Shown in pieces: positions 1 through 13,217 of a stretch of 64,000 bases of DNA. The DNA lies in NCBI GenBank assembly GCA_013239625.1, contig MU056050.1:4535366-4599365 (forward strand), given 5' to 3'. Position 1 is the first letter of the stretch. Each line of letters opens with the position of its first letter. Under the pieces are notes generated by a model. The model had not been told where the DNA came from. It worked only from the letters and a program-made list of their open reading frames with translations, and ran no database searches. The position numbers and the translations under genes were made by a program. Source of the stretch: Lama guanicoe (Eukaryota).

Positions 1-3000
1 CTTCATCATCTCTAGGTCATCCTTAGACCCAAGGGCTCTAGGGAAATTTTTTTTTCTGAACCTATTGATTTCACCCTTGACCTCAGGATGCCCTTGATTC
101 AGACCATCAATGAAAAACAATTTGAGATGACATCAGTGGAAACATTTGACAAAGTCATTGTTTTTCCCCTATTCTGAGAAATTGTGAATGTGTTCCCTAT
201 CACTTATCCTAAAAAAGAAAAATAACAAAAGCCTCTTTCTCTTAGTACCACCTACAGCAGTTTCCTTCCTAGGTGACTTTAGAGGGAATTCTTTCTTGAG
301 GCAAGCAATCTCTGTATCATTAGCACAAAGTAATCCTTAGTATAATGGGCTTTAATTGCCTTTAATTATTTTATATCTGAATTACCGTACACTGCAGGAC
401 ATTTAGAACCATAATAATAAAATATCTTATTATAGTGGTTTATTGAAGTACTACACTCAGCTTTAACTTCTGGGAATCACTCTGAGGTCTGACGGTGCCT
501 ATAAATCATTCTAATCTCACGGCAGAGGTTGAAGGTGCAGCGGGACCCTGAATAGGAAACGAAACATATGAATTTTTTGAATTAATTCCTACGGAGGCCT
601 GGGGCTTTATTCCTACTCTCATCCTGCTTGAGTTATGACAAAGTTTAAATAGCCAATCCATTCATCAGCCACATGGTAAATTACCTTTAAAATTAAAAAT
701 AAATTAATATTTATTATATTTCCGACATTAAAAGAAGGACGTATCTATCCTAATGTATCCCAGCAGCTAGTAAAAGTAAAGAAACATCAGCTCTATTATT
801 ATCATTGTCAGGTGGTAGGTGAACTATTGCTCTGAAGGCTACAGATATTGGAGAAAGACTGACTTTTTTAATCCAAGGCTAGAATCTATCTCCCTATAGC
901 CTATTAGCCTACGTCTCAGCAAAATGCTCATTAAGCAGTGAGGGTTGTCAGGTTTGGTGAGGGTGGTGAAAGAAGAATGTCAGCTATATTACCTAGGTGG
1001 GGGAGATAGCTTTTAGTTAAATTCCCATATTGCCAACAATTGCCTGTATCGAGTGCCATGACATTTTGGGTCTATTTATACAGACCCATACAGTACATAC
1101 AATAACCTCATTGAAAGGGAAAACACTCCATGTAAATAGACAAACTGGCCTCAGCAGATGGAAAGTACAGACTAAGGACTTCCTTTGGAGCTTGATCCCG
1201 AGTATGCTACTACAGTTGATTATAATCTTTCAGAAACCTGCTCTTGGGCTGTGCCATCTCCCCAATGGCTGAAATAGCCCTTGAAGGAAGTAGCATCTAC
1301 GTCAATCCAAGTTTGATCCAGCGCCACAGGAAAGCTGCTCTAGTCTGATATCTCTTTTAAAAACACTATAGACAGTAAATCAGGGAGGCTGAAGCTAAAA
1401 ACCTCCTTTCAGGGGACAAATGCTTTTAAATAGCAGGAGGCTGTAAAAGAGTCTATGAATAAAAGGTGAACTCAATTTTGCCACCCTGAACTACTTCACA
1501 TGCGTTAGGCTATGTTTTCATTTGATGGCTGTCTCATCTCAATGTGGTTTTTCTAAGCACCCTGAAACTCTGTATTGAGCCAAATTATCATGAGGCCACA
1601 TTTCTGTTAAGCCTTACCTTCTGTCCATCCAATCCAAGTGATTCATCTCTTTAAGGTCAGTGCAATGTCACCTCAATAAGGTGTTAATACGCTTTGGAGA
1701 TAATAGTAAGGATACAACATTCAGGAAACACTTCCGAGAGATTTCCAATGCCCTACACTCCCCCTGCCACCCAGCCCCAGGCTAACTTGATCACAGCTGT
1801 CTTTACCTAAAACCCTATTATGGATTACGTTGTCCTTTAACTCTAATTAATAGTAATGCTAATCTTCTCTTGCACTTAGGAAGAGCTGACCCTAAAGCTC
1901 TCAGATAATGACATAAGAATCCTCAGTTTGAATAAGCTCATAGAAATAAAAATGAGGGGCTAGAAATTAATGGCTATTTTGTGAGTACCCCTTGTACACT
2001 GATCATTCTATTACAAACATTTCATATAGTTTCCCATTTAATGCACATCAAGTGGTTACCATTTGGTTGTTTTAACACTTCTTCTTTTAAAGAAGAAGAA
2101 ACATGCTCAGAAATGGAAAGTATTGCCTCAAATCACACAGCTCAAAGAAATATCAGCCAAGATTTGAGCAAAAGTCTGAGTGGAAGCCCACAGTGCTTTT
2201 TACTTTACCACCTAGCTTGTCTCACCAGCTGCCTCAAACTAGCTTCTCTGGTGCCTCTAGAAATCACACACCACTAACAGATCAAAATCCCACAGAAACA
2301 AATTTAGATCAGATGTGAAAACTAGCTTAACCTTGTATCTACGCTGACCATCTGTCCTGGATGGAAAAGTCTGAATTTAAACAGTAGTTCCATTATACAT
2401 TATACATTAACTGACACAAAAATACAATACTTTAACAATCACACTATACTTCCCAGATCATATCCTAATCTGGAAGTATCCCAGAAAGCTAACACCATTT
2501 CTACCAATTCTGAATTAAGAAAACTACTCCTATACCCTTGTCCCACCTTAAAAAACAAAACAAAACAAAACACGAAACAGTGGAATGTAGGACTCATTTA
2601 TACAAGTGGGAAAAACAAACAGTGTATGTCAAGAAGCTTCTTGTCAGGATTAAAATTTTATTCTTTATGATGCTAGTTTAAAAAAAAAAACACTTTTGTA
2701 CTTGGGTGAGTGTACAGCTCGAGGTAAGAGATCAGCAGTCTTCGAGGTACTTACATATTTTATTCTGTTAGAATCATTGTGACAGAATTTAACCTGGGTA
2801 ATAATGAGGCAGCAGATAAACTTCTCCATTGCAAAATATGTCAATTAGTAAAATAAGGCTACTTGTTCCAAATTAGCTCTTACATTCTGATTTTGAAGTC
2901 ACAAATCATTAGAACACAGTTGCCTTTTATGCTATTTTTCTTGCTGCTAAGTATGCTCGCACAACTTGTCTTTTAGGGGTTTTGCTTTTTGAGTGGTGTA

Positions 3001-5069
3001 ATCCTCCACATTTGACAGTGAATCCTAAGATTCTGTTATTAGGGAGTCATTCCACGAGGGAATTCTTGTTGGAATGCAATATTCCTGGAATGAGTGATGC
3101 AGTAACCCATTGCTTGTATTACTAAACTTTACACAATGATTTTTAATCTACTCGTTTCCAGATCCTATGGCCTATGGTTGTTGGGGGAGGAGGGGAAGGT
3201 TTGCAGGATGAGAAGATTCTGATGGGAGATGATAGCAAGGAAGGATATAGATCTGGGAAAGGTGCTGAATTGAGAAGGCCTAAGCTGAGGGTTAGATGAG
3301 GGAGAAGATGGACACTGAAAATAACGTAGGAAGGTCAAAAAGAGCCTATCTTCAAAGTAAGACCTTGGGAATAGGCATCACCGCATCCAACTGTGTCTCA
3401 GAAGGAAGAAGAGCTACCTTTCCAGCTGGAAATGAGTTCCTTTAAGTTGATCCTATGACTTTAGGAAATGAAAATAAATAATAAGACGTCTGAATAAAAA
3501 CGTGTGCCTCAAAATGAAGATGAAAACCAGCTGTGATCTCTTTCACAACAATCATTAGACTTCACAGATAGAGGGGGACAGAGATGGGATAATGGACAAT
3601 CAAATACATTCTTAGTTCTGGCAGATTCTAATTATTGGCTGACTTTTGAAGCTTGCATTGAAACCAACCTAGTAGAACTATTACACATATTCTATTAATA
3701 TTAAAGTGTATTTAGCAAAAGTATTTAACTTTATTCTCCTCAAGCTTTCCCTTATTTTCCTTAGATTACTTACAACAAGTCTGTTTTCTTCATGCCATGA
3801 AATAATAAATCACGTGAAAGGGAAGGATGTGAAAATATGATTTCAGAGTAAAATAGTATTTTTTTTCTCTTCAACCAGCTAACAGTGGGAGAGTTCAGAT
3901 TTGATGCTTATAGAGAGCTGACCTGTTACTTCAATTTACTGATTAACTGGACTGCATTTTATTCATCTGCTTTGAAAAAGATAAATATCTGTGGTATCCA
4001 GAAAAAATGCAAGTAATCTACTTATGTTGTCTAATTAGTTTGACTGACTTTCTGTTGCAAGCTTGTTTGAAGAAGGGTCATTCAGATTACATCCCGACAC
4101 CACCATCCCCAATCTACCACCTATTACTGGCACACATGTGTTCCTGTCACATTTTGATGTCTTTGAAAATAATACTTTAAAATGCTTTCTGCCTGTGGCA
4201 GCTAATAGGTGTGAACGCAGTTCAGGAAAGCATTGTGTTGCTGAAGATTAGAATCACCTGATGTAAGACTCTGCCAGTCAAAACTCCAGGTGTGGAAGTA
4301 ATGCAGTTGCAGCATAATAATAATAATTTTTTAAGTCCGAGAGAATTATTTGTCTTCAATCATGCTTATGAATAATTTTGATTTATTTTTTCTGCCTTAT
4401 AGAAAAGGGCGCCTTCCTACTTCATGTCCTGTGGCATGGTGACATATAATACTGTAGGGTACATTTTCTAGAAGCTGTTGTATTATGTATGGAGGCATAA
4501 GAGGAAGGAGAGGGGATTATTATGTGCCATGAATTAAATATTGACTACTGGAATACACAGGATGGTGCCTTTAAAACATGGTGATACTTTTTTATTCCAC
4601 ATGCCATGTGCCTCCAACATATATAGTGATTTGTAAGCAATGGGCTCCCTTTGGCCAAACAGGTGCCTGCTTATTCGTGTAGACTTGGTTGGACCAGGAT
4701 TCTGCCAATGAAATGTTCCAAATACATCTCTGTCACCTCATTTATTGTGCTGAGTCAGCACTCTCTGGGCACAGAGTTTTCTTGAAGGTTTCTTCAAAAT
4801 ATTATACACTGGAGGGGATACTTTTACAAAGGCTGATTCAGCAAGTGGAGCAAGAGAGGAAGTGAAAGATTTATAGGGTTCTTTCAATGCTGGAAGGAAC
4901 CCTGCTGATGGATAAGAGGGTGATTATGCAAGTTAGCCTATGTGGGCTGAGCTTCCAGAGAATGAACCTCAGTCTTCTCGTTGTGTTTGAGCGCTGACAC
5001 TCTGCACTGCCTAGTCTAGGTCTGCTACTCATAGCACAGGCCCTCCATCACACTTGCGTGTGAATGATA

Positions 5070-5290
5070 ACTTTTCACTTTTCAAAACATTTTCACATTT
5101 GCCATTTCATTTGTTCTTCTTCATATAGCAGTTAGGTAGGCAAGTCAGGTATGATTAACTAAATTTGACAGATTAAGAAAGTAAGGCAGAGTGAGATTAA
5201 AGAACTTGTCTAAGATCACATAGTTAATTACAGGTAGAGTTGAGCCTAGATGACCATAATCCAGGTGGCTTGACTTCCATTCTGTGAACT
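5070..5290 (-). mobile_element. MIR
   Basis: tttgacagattaagaaagtaaggcagagtgagattaaagaacttgtctaagatcaca core. Confidence 0.75.
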
Positions 5291-5874
5291 TTTCAATGTA
5301 TACACTATCTATGTGTTTGGACATGTAAATCTCATATGGAGTTAGAGATTATAGAGGTAGGGCTAGAGTGATGGATGGATGAATGGATGGATGGATGAAG
5401 GAGGGGGGGATTTACTATATGCCAAGGATTGTGCCAGGTGTTTTGGTTACCTTTATGAATAAATCTGTCTCTGTCCTCAAGGCAGAGTTAGAAAAGACAG
5501 TTTAAACTCAAATAGCAGTTTAAATCTCATGGCTTCTGTTGACTAGCATATGAAGAAAACATCTCTGATTTGTGTATTTGAATATAGGCATTAATTTCAC
5601 TTGTGATGTAAACTTATTCCTAGCACTACTGAAAGTATTTAATTATCTCACTCTAATTCCTGGTAGTTTTTTTTTTCTCTTAAGGTCCCAAACACTAACA
5701 AGAAGTTACTTAAAAGTAGAGAGCTATATTTCTACAGTTACTGAGCTCTTGGGTTTACAATATTGACTACTCATTTGACACTTCTCATATATAACACAGT
5801 CCAGAATAGTCACATGAGAACTGATTAATTCTGCCTTTCCATAAACAAGTAAACAATACTCCATTCCTAACTTG

Positions 5875-6340
5875 TTCTTTTTATTGTTTTATTTTGAAAT
5901 AATTATAGATTCACAGTAAGTTTAAAAAGAAGAACAAAGAGGTCCTGTGTACTCTTCACCCAGTTTCCCCCAATGGTAACTTCTTAATAACTATAACAAA
6001 ACCAGGAAATTGACAATCCACAAGTCTTACTCAGATTTTGCCAGTTTTGTATGCACTTGTGTTTGTCTAAAGTTCTACGCAATTCTGTCATGTGTAGATG
6101 TGTATATCAACTCCATAATTAGGATATAGACCTGCTCCATCACCACAAATATCTCCTTTGCTACTCTCTCTAGTCACACCCATCTACTTCTGTCTCCAAA
6201 CCCTTCCACCCAGTCCCTAATCCCTGGCAACCACTAATCTGTTCTCCATCTCTGCAGTTTTCTCATTTGGGGAATGATATATAAAGAGAATCATACGATT
6301 TGCGGCCTTTTGAGTTTAGCTTTTATCACCCAGTATAATT
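5875..6340 (-). mobile_element. Old L1M (L1MC/MD-like) 3'UTR fragment
   Basis: ttttattttgaaataattatagattcacag...cttcacccagtttcccccaatggtaac...cctggcaaccactaatctgttctccatctct. Confidence 0.85.
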
Positions 6341-6489
6341 TCAGACATATTCTTAACTTATTCTTAATTTCACAAGTGAAACTTTTCAATCTCTATACAT
6401 TGAGTTTTCTTAAAATATAGCATATGCCTGCCTCTCACCAAGAAAGCAAGGAGATTCTTAACACAATCTAATCAGGGAAAACTGAAATC

Positions 6490-6830
6490 CATTCCCTTAT
6501 TTGCCACATGATTATTGGCACCAGCTATGAGCCAGGAACTCTGCCATGTGCTCAGGTCCTTGCCCTCATGCACTTACAGGAAGGAGAAGACAGGCATTAA
6601 TAAAAGAATTGCAGAAACATAAAGTTTCAATTGTTCCAAGTGCTGTGAAGGAAAGATATATGTTTTGTTTGTGTTTATAATAAGTGTATTTGACATAGCC
6701 ATGGTAGTCAGAGAAGCTTTCCCCGAGGAGATAGCTGAAGAGTAAAGAGTTAAATAGGCAAAGAGTTTAGGGTAGGCATTCCAAACAGCGGGAGCAGCAT
6801 GTGTGAAGGTAATACAGGAGAACACTTTTG
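6490..6830 (-). mobile_element. L2 fragment
   Basis: cattcccttattt...ctatgagccagg...gtcagagaagcttt...gcattccaaacagcgggagcagcatgtgtgaagg. Confidence 0.7.
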
Positions 6831-8223
6831 CAGACTGGATTAATGGCCCTTAGCATGGGTTAAGAAACCAACAGAATAGCAAATTCAGCAAGGAAAAATT
6901 AGACTTTATTTGAATAAAGATCAGAGAATTTTATGTAGATGCTTCCAATCTTGTTTTGGACAAACATTCACCCTGTAACAACATCCTTTCCCAAAGGGCT
7001 AGACTTCCATCCACTTGTTTTAATCATTTGTCCCATTGTCTCAGGAATTATCTTTGATTCAATTGCATGAATGGGAATAGAAAATGGGGGGTTACCCATG
7101 TTACTTCAATCTACTCAACCACTCAGCATTGTTTTTGTCTACGGGAGGGTGGAAGGTGTTTTTTTCTCTAATCAAGACAGAAGTCAAAGGGAGAATCAGA
7201 TTCTTTGAAACTAGTGAAATGTTTCACTTTATTCCAGAAAAATCTGTACAGTTCATTTCAGGTATCAAGACCTAGTCATCATACCACAAAACTAGACTGA
7301 CACTAAACACAGCCTTATAAGTCACCAAAGCAATTTAAAAGATCAGTTTCATGTTTGACAGAGAGTCAATATAGATCTGCTATGTTTTGTGATAACACGC
7401 TGAGGTAGCAGTTTGCTCAGATTTGAGCCTGTGCAGCAGTCTCAGAAGATGAGTAAAGTCAAATGAAAAAATGATAAGGGACTAACAATGAAAGTCACAC
7501 TGAGAGTCTGAAAATGAGTGATGCATTCTCTACAGAATGCATGAGGATGTAGTGAAAAGACCAATGCCAGAAAGTCTTGCCTGCCTTATCAGCCCAGCTA
7601 GCCTTCCCAGATGGCCTTGCCTGCTTCCATTCAGTCACATGCTACAGCCTTCACAGATCATTGACACTTCACTTATTAAGCCTTACTTATTATTTATCAC
7701 TCCAGTATCTTCTTTCCCTGAGGAGATTATAAAGTCCTTGGGGACAGAAACTGTACCTTCCTTCTCTTTTTGTTGTCTCAGGGACTTGCCCTAATTCTAT
7801 CTATACACAGCTAAGGTACTAAACACTGTATATGCTAGTTGAGGAAATGTCTATTGTACTGGAGGTCATCTAACTTATTTGGCCAAGGTTGAATAGCTAG
7901 TAAATGGTGATGCTTGTATTTATACCCTGGTCTGCCTGGTTCCAGTTAGTTCTAAAGTCAGACAAACCCAGGCTGCAATCCTGGTTCCACTATGGATTTA
8001 GTTGTATGAATGTGGGAAAAACATAAAGTTATTAACTAAGTGCATGCTATGAGCCAACCATGATGCTGAATTCCTATTCCCATTCTCATTCCTATTCTCA
8101 CTTGCACTGGTCTTTTCACTACATTCTTAGGCCTTCACTAGAGACTGCTCCCCACTTATTTTCAGCTCTTCAGTGTGGGTTTTAATTTTAATCTCATCAT
8201 TTTTTTTCACTTGATTTTAGTCA

Positions 8224-9048
8224 TATAATTTCTTCTTACTATCCCATCAGAGCTGTGAACTCTCCTGCCCACGCTGGTTCTTGTAGGTCTCCTGGTGACT
8301 TAGGAGAGTGCTATTATTACCCCCATATCACAGAAACAAGACACAGAAAGGGTAAGTAATCTGTCCAAGGTCACACAATTAATAAGCAGCAGAACCGAGA
8401 TACAAACCCAATGAGTTTAACTCTAAGCTCATCACTGTAGCTGATGTTACCTCCTTAGTTGTAGTCAACATTAGGTCAGATATTCCTGGCCTCTGGAAAT
8501 GGTATGGAAATTCTTACTCTCTGCATATACATATTTCCCCTGAAGTTTACTTCCATTAAATTCTCAAAGTCATATATGACTCTGTAAAGTAAAAGAACAC
8601 TTCTTAGAACGGGGTGTGGAGGAGGATGGGAATATAAACTAGTGTGGCACATTTCTCTGTGCTCCAAGAGCTCATGATTCACTTGAGGAGCTAAGATGGT
8701 CAAAGAGGTAAATATGGTATAAGATACAAGACAAGATATGTTCACTTCTAAACAAGTGACTTAGAGGAAGAAGGGAGAATTCCAGCTGAGGCAGTTTGGA
8801 AAGACATCACAAAAGAAAGTGGATTTGAGTTGTGTCTTGAAATATGGGCAAGATTTTGAGAGATAAAAAGGGTAAAACAAGCCTTCCAGGCTGCAGAGAT
8901 ACAGGGGGATTCAGTGTGAGCAAAAACAACATCACCCTCCAATGTAGATACAGCATGCAAAACATCTATAATTTCTTCTTACTGTTTCAGCATAGCTGTG
9001 AACTCTCTTGTTCATACTGCTTCCTGTAGATGTCCTGGTGACTTAGGA
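8224..9048 (+). repeat. 82-bp dispersed direct repeat (68/82, ungapped)
   Basis: 8224-8305 vs 8967-9048, aligned by hand. Confidence 0.93.
8310..8440 (-). mobile_element. MIR
   Basis: ctattattacccccat...taagtaatctgtccaaggtcacac. Confidence 0.7.
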
Positions 9049-9544
9049 AGGCTTGGCAGAAAGTTTTGCAGAGCACCTGTTTTAAGCTAGTGATTTTCAC
9101 AACCTTGCATTCAAGCATCCCAAAGCCAAAGTGAAATTAAATTAATTTGACCCTTAAAAATTACATTTGTAATAAGGAGAACTAAAGACCATAAAATGAA
9201 GATAGCACAACAAAACAGAAATCAAATTAAGAGGCTGTCCTGAAGACCTTTAAGGTGAGGAGGACCTTTTATGCATTGGGTGTTGTTAAATCATTCAGTT
9301 CATTTCACAGTGACTTGCTTTTGACGCAGTCTAGGATGAAATGTACTTCATTGCTGCCCTGCATAATTAATATCATTCTGTAGTCTTCATCAGATAGGTC
9401 ATCTCTGAATATAAAGTAGTTGTGTTTTTCCTGAATTTCCTCTCCTAATGGATCTTCAAAACATGTGTGAAGGATCATAGAGGAGTGTTTGAAGAACTAT
9501 TGTAAGTGCTGTCCTTTAATAAACTTGACCTCACTGTCTAGGAT

Positions 9545-10790
9545 TCATTCATTCTTATATTGATGTGTTCATTCCTTCCTCCACCCATCATATCAATCAA
9601 TATCTAATCATTCTTTTATTCAGTTGCTTGAGTGCCTGTTACCATCAGGCACTGTGTTAGGCACTAAGCATATGAAGATGAGTAAGACAGGTTCTAAAGT
9701 TGCTCACAGTGAAGCGGGAAAACCTGGCGTATATGCAGATAGAGTGTAATAGGCTACAAAAGTAGGATTTTCATTTTTAAAGGGTACAAAGCTCTCATTT
9801 TTAAAATATTTCTATTAAAAAAGAAAAAATGCATACAGTAAAATAAATCCAGGCAGTACAAAAGGAATTATAATAAAAAATGATACTATGACCCTGAAGA
9901 CTCAGTTCTCCTACCCAAAGGCAAACATTATCCATAGTTTCTTATACATTTCCCAAATTTTTTTAAGTGTATGTACATGCACACACATTATGTCCATGAA
10001 TTGCCATCTTGCTTTTTTCACTTGGAGTAACTTGGGGATTTTTCCATATCAGTACCTACTCCTCACTCTCTTTAACAACTAAGTGGCATTTTATTGTGTG
10101 AATATAAGCCACATTTACTTAACCAGTCTTTTCTCATGTACATTTTGTTGATTTTCAACTGGTTGCTATTTCAAAACAAACAAATAATACTCAAATAAAA
10201 AGCTTTGTGTTTATCATTGTGCAAAGTGGTGGAAGTTTTGTATCACAGGTTATGTGACTATTCCATTTGGACAAATATCTCCCAAGTGCCTTTCCAAATT
10301 ACAGTTTGCTCCAATTTTCTTGTAGTACTAGGAAAGTCTGGAAGTGGGTGCAAGTAATTTTGCCTAGAAGCTAGGCAAGATTATTAAAAGGAGGGGAATT
10401 TGAGTAGAGTATCAAGGAATGAGTTCACCAGGTGAAGAATCTGTACATGGACATTCTAGGTACGAAGCATGAAGTTGAAGACACTTGAAAGAACATAGTG
10501 TGCTCAGAGAAAGTTGACAAGCTCCCTGTAGCTGTAGAGCATGGTGATGAGACAGTAAGGACAAGAGACGAGATTGGAAGGACAGGCTGGAGCCAGATAA
10601 TGAGTAACTTTGCTAAGGAGCTTAGAATTTTTCCTATAAATGAAAGGAAGCTTTGGACGTTTTTAAGCAGAAGAGAGAAATGATCAATTGTTTTTTGAAA
10701 GTTTATTCAGGCAACAATGTTGAAAGTGGCTAGGAGAAGGGGACAAGGGTACTAGTTAGAAATGCATTCCAATAATTGAGTAAGGAAATA
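9545..10790 (-). mobile_element. L2 fragments interrupted by an old L1ME-like piece (~9800-10310)
   Basis: ttcattcatt...ttgagtgcctg...caggcactgtgttaggcact; later gacaggctggagccagat...gcagaagagagaaatgatc. Confidence 0.6.
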
Positions 10791-12694
10791 TCTTTGCTAA
10801 TAGAGATTTATTCACAACCATTACCCTAATGTAAAATTTCCTACTTTATCCTGAGATCTCTAAGGGCTGAATTCTAGGATAGTTAGTGGATAGTACACCT
10901 TAATATGCTGGTCTTGAACTACTAGTGACCACAAGTGTCAGGGCAGAGAAAAGTAATTCCTTTCTGGAGATAGGTAACAGTATTCTAAGTATAAACAAAT
11001 TTCTAAAAATATTTTTTCAAATAAAATACATGGAAAATAACCAATGATGAGGCATATGACAGTCTTTATAATTATCTAATTATGACTGTAAAACAACTAT
11101 GCTTACTCTAGACATAAAAATAAAATCCAAACTTTTAAAAACACAGTGATGAACTGGATACTACAAAAAGTGATAATGCAGGATAATGCAGATTTGAAAA
11201 TTAATCAAACAGAAATTGCAGAAGTGAACAATGTAATAATCATAATTAAGAATTTATTGGAAAGGTTTAGACACAGTTAAAGAGAGAATTAAAGATCTGG
11301 ATGCTAGAATATAGGTTCGAAGAATGTAAAACATGAAGTACAGACCTATGAAAAAAGAAAAGGCTTAGTGGGTTTCAAAGGATTAAATATATGTTAAAAA
11401 ACGATAGAATGAACAGCTTGTATCTGTCCCTCAACTTAAGAAATACAATATCATCAGTGTCATTGTAACCATTTGTGTGCCCCCTCTTTGATTTAATCAC
11501 ACTTCCCACCAGAAATAAACACCATCCTAAATTTTGTGCTAATTATTCCACTGCCTTTCTTTATTATTTTATGACAGTTATATGCACATCTAAAAATATA
11601 CCATTGAGTTTTACCCATGTTTTGAATTTTCTGTATATAAAATCATATTGTTTGCATTATTTTGTTTTATTTTTACTTCTCAGCATCTCAGCATTATGTT
11701 TTTGAAATTCATGCATGTTGAATGCATCTGTAGTCACTGTTGTATAGAATTTTCTTGTATATAAAGATACCACATTTTTTATTTTTATTTTACCATTGAC
11801 AGAATTTTGTGGGGTTTATTTTTTCCATAACAGTGTTGCTACTGGCATTCGGCTACATGATTCCTAATAAAAATGTATGAGAGTGTTTCCAGGGAGGAAA
11901 TAATTTAGGGAGTGGAATCACTAGATTGTAGGATATGCCCATTTGGTAATGCCAAATTATTTTCCAGAGTGAGTGTAATAATTTACATTCCCACAGTGGA
12001 TGAGAATTCCAATTTCTCAAAATCATCATCAACATTACCTTTTGTCAGATACTAAAATTTAGCTCAATCAGGTTGATGTGGAAAAAAAATATTGCACTGT
12101 AGTTTTAGTCTGAATTTCTCATATTTTCAGATATGTGGCCACTGTGTTTCCTCTTCTGTTTGTTTTGTCTTTCAACTATTTTTTAAATTGAGCTGTTTCC
12201 TTTTCTTTCAGAATCAGAGAAATTCTTTACGTATTTTGAATTATAATTGATTGCCTATTAGAAATGCTGTGTTCCAATAAAATTTTATTTGTAGGAGAAT
12301 CTCATCTACTTTATCTTAGGAGATTTAAGAGCAATCAACCATAGGGATTTTTCACACCTCCAACAGAATTTTAATATGCATGCAGAGTTGAGAAACACTA
12401 CTGGATCTGTTTTTAAAAGAATTGATATATTTGACTCTGAATCCTCTATGTTTAATATCTTTTAATAAAGTATATATCAATTTCTATGCAAAGGCTGTGC
12501 ATGTCTTTTGTTATATTTGGTCCTGGGTTTTAATAACATTATTAAAAATGAAAATGGTGTCTTTTTAGATGTCACTTTCTATTTGTTGTCAATGTCTAGA
12601 AATGTAAGTGAATTTTTGTATAGTGTATTGTTTTTTGTTATTTAAAAGCCAGATGTTTAAAGATCAGAATTTATTAACCTACCTATTATTTTTA

Positions 12695-13141
12695 AAAGTT
12701 TTTCATTGACGCATATTCAGTTTACAAAGTTGTGTTAATTTCTGTATACAGCAAAGTGATTCACTTATACACTTATATATATTCCTTTTCATTACAGGCC
12801 ATTACAAAGTATTGAATACAGTTCCCTGCACTGTACAATAGGACCTTGTTGTTTAGTTATATATATAGTATTTATATTTATATTATACATATATATTGTA
12901 TATTTAGTATATATATAGTAGTGCATATCTGCAAATCCCTAAATCCCAATTTATCTCTCCCCACCCTATTTCCCTCCTGGTAAGCACAAGTTTGTTTTCT
13001 ATGTCTGTAAGTCTGTCTCTGTTTTGTAAACAAGTTAATTTGTGTCCCCCTCTTTTTTTTTTTTTTGCATTCCATTCATAAGTGATATCATGTGGTATTT
13101 TTCTTTCTCTTTCTGGGACCTGAATATTGTCATACTAAGTG
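12695..13141 (-). mobile_element. L1 3'UTR fragment with short inverted 5' piece
   Basis: Antisense L1 3'UTR to ~13116, then sense-oriented ggacctgaatattgtcatactaagtg. Confidence 0.88.
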
Positions 13142-13217
13142 TATAGTGGTCTTATATCTGGTTCCTTGCAAGAACTCTTTATACATTTTAAAATGCCTAG
13201 ACCATTTGAAATTTAAT

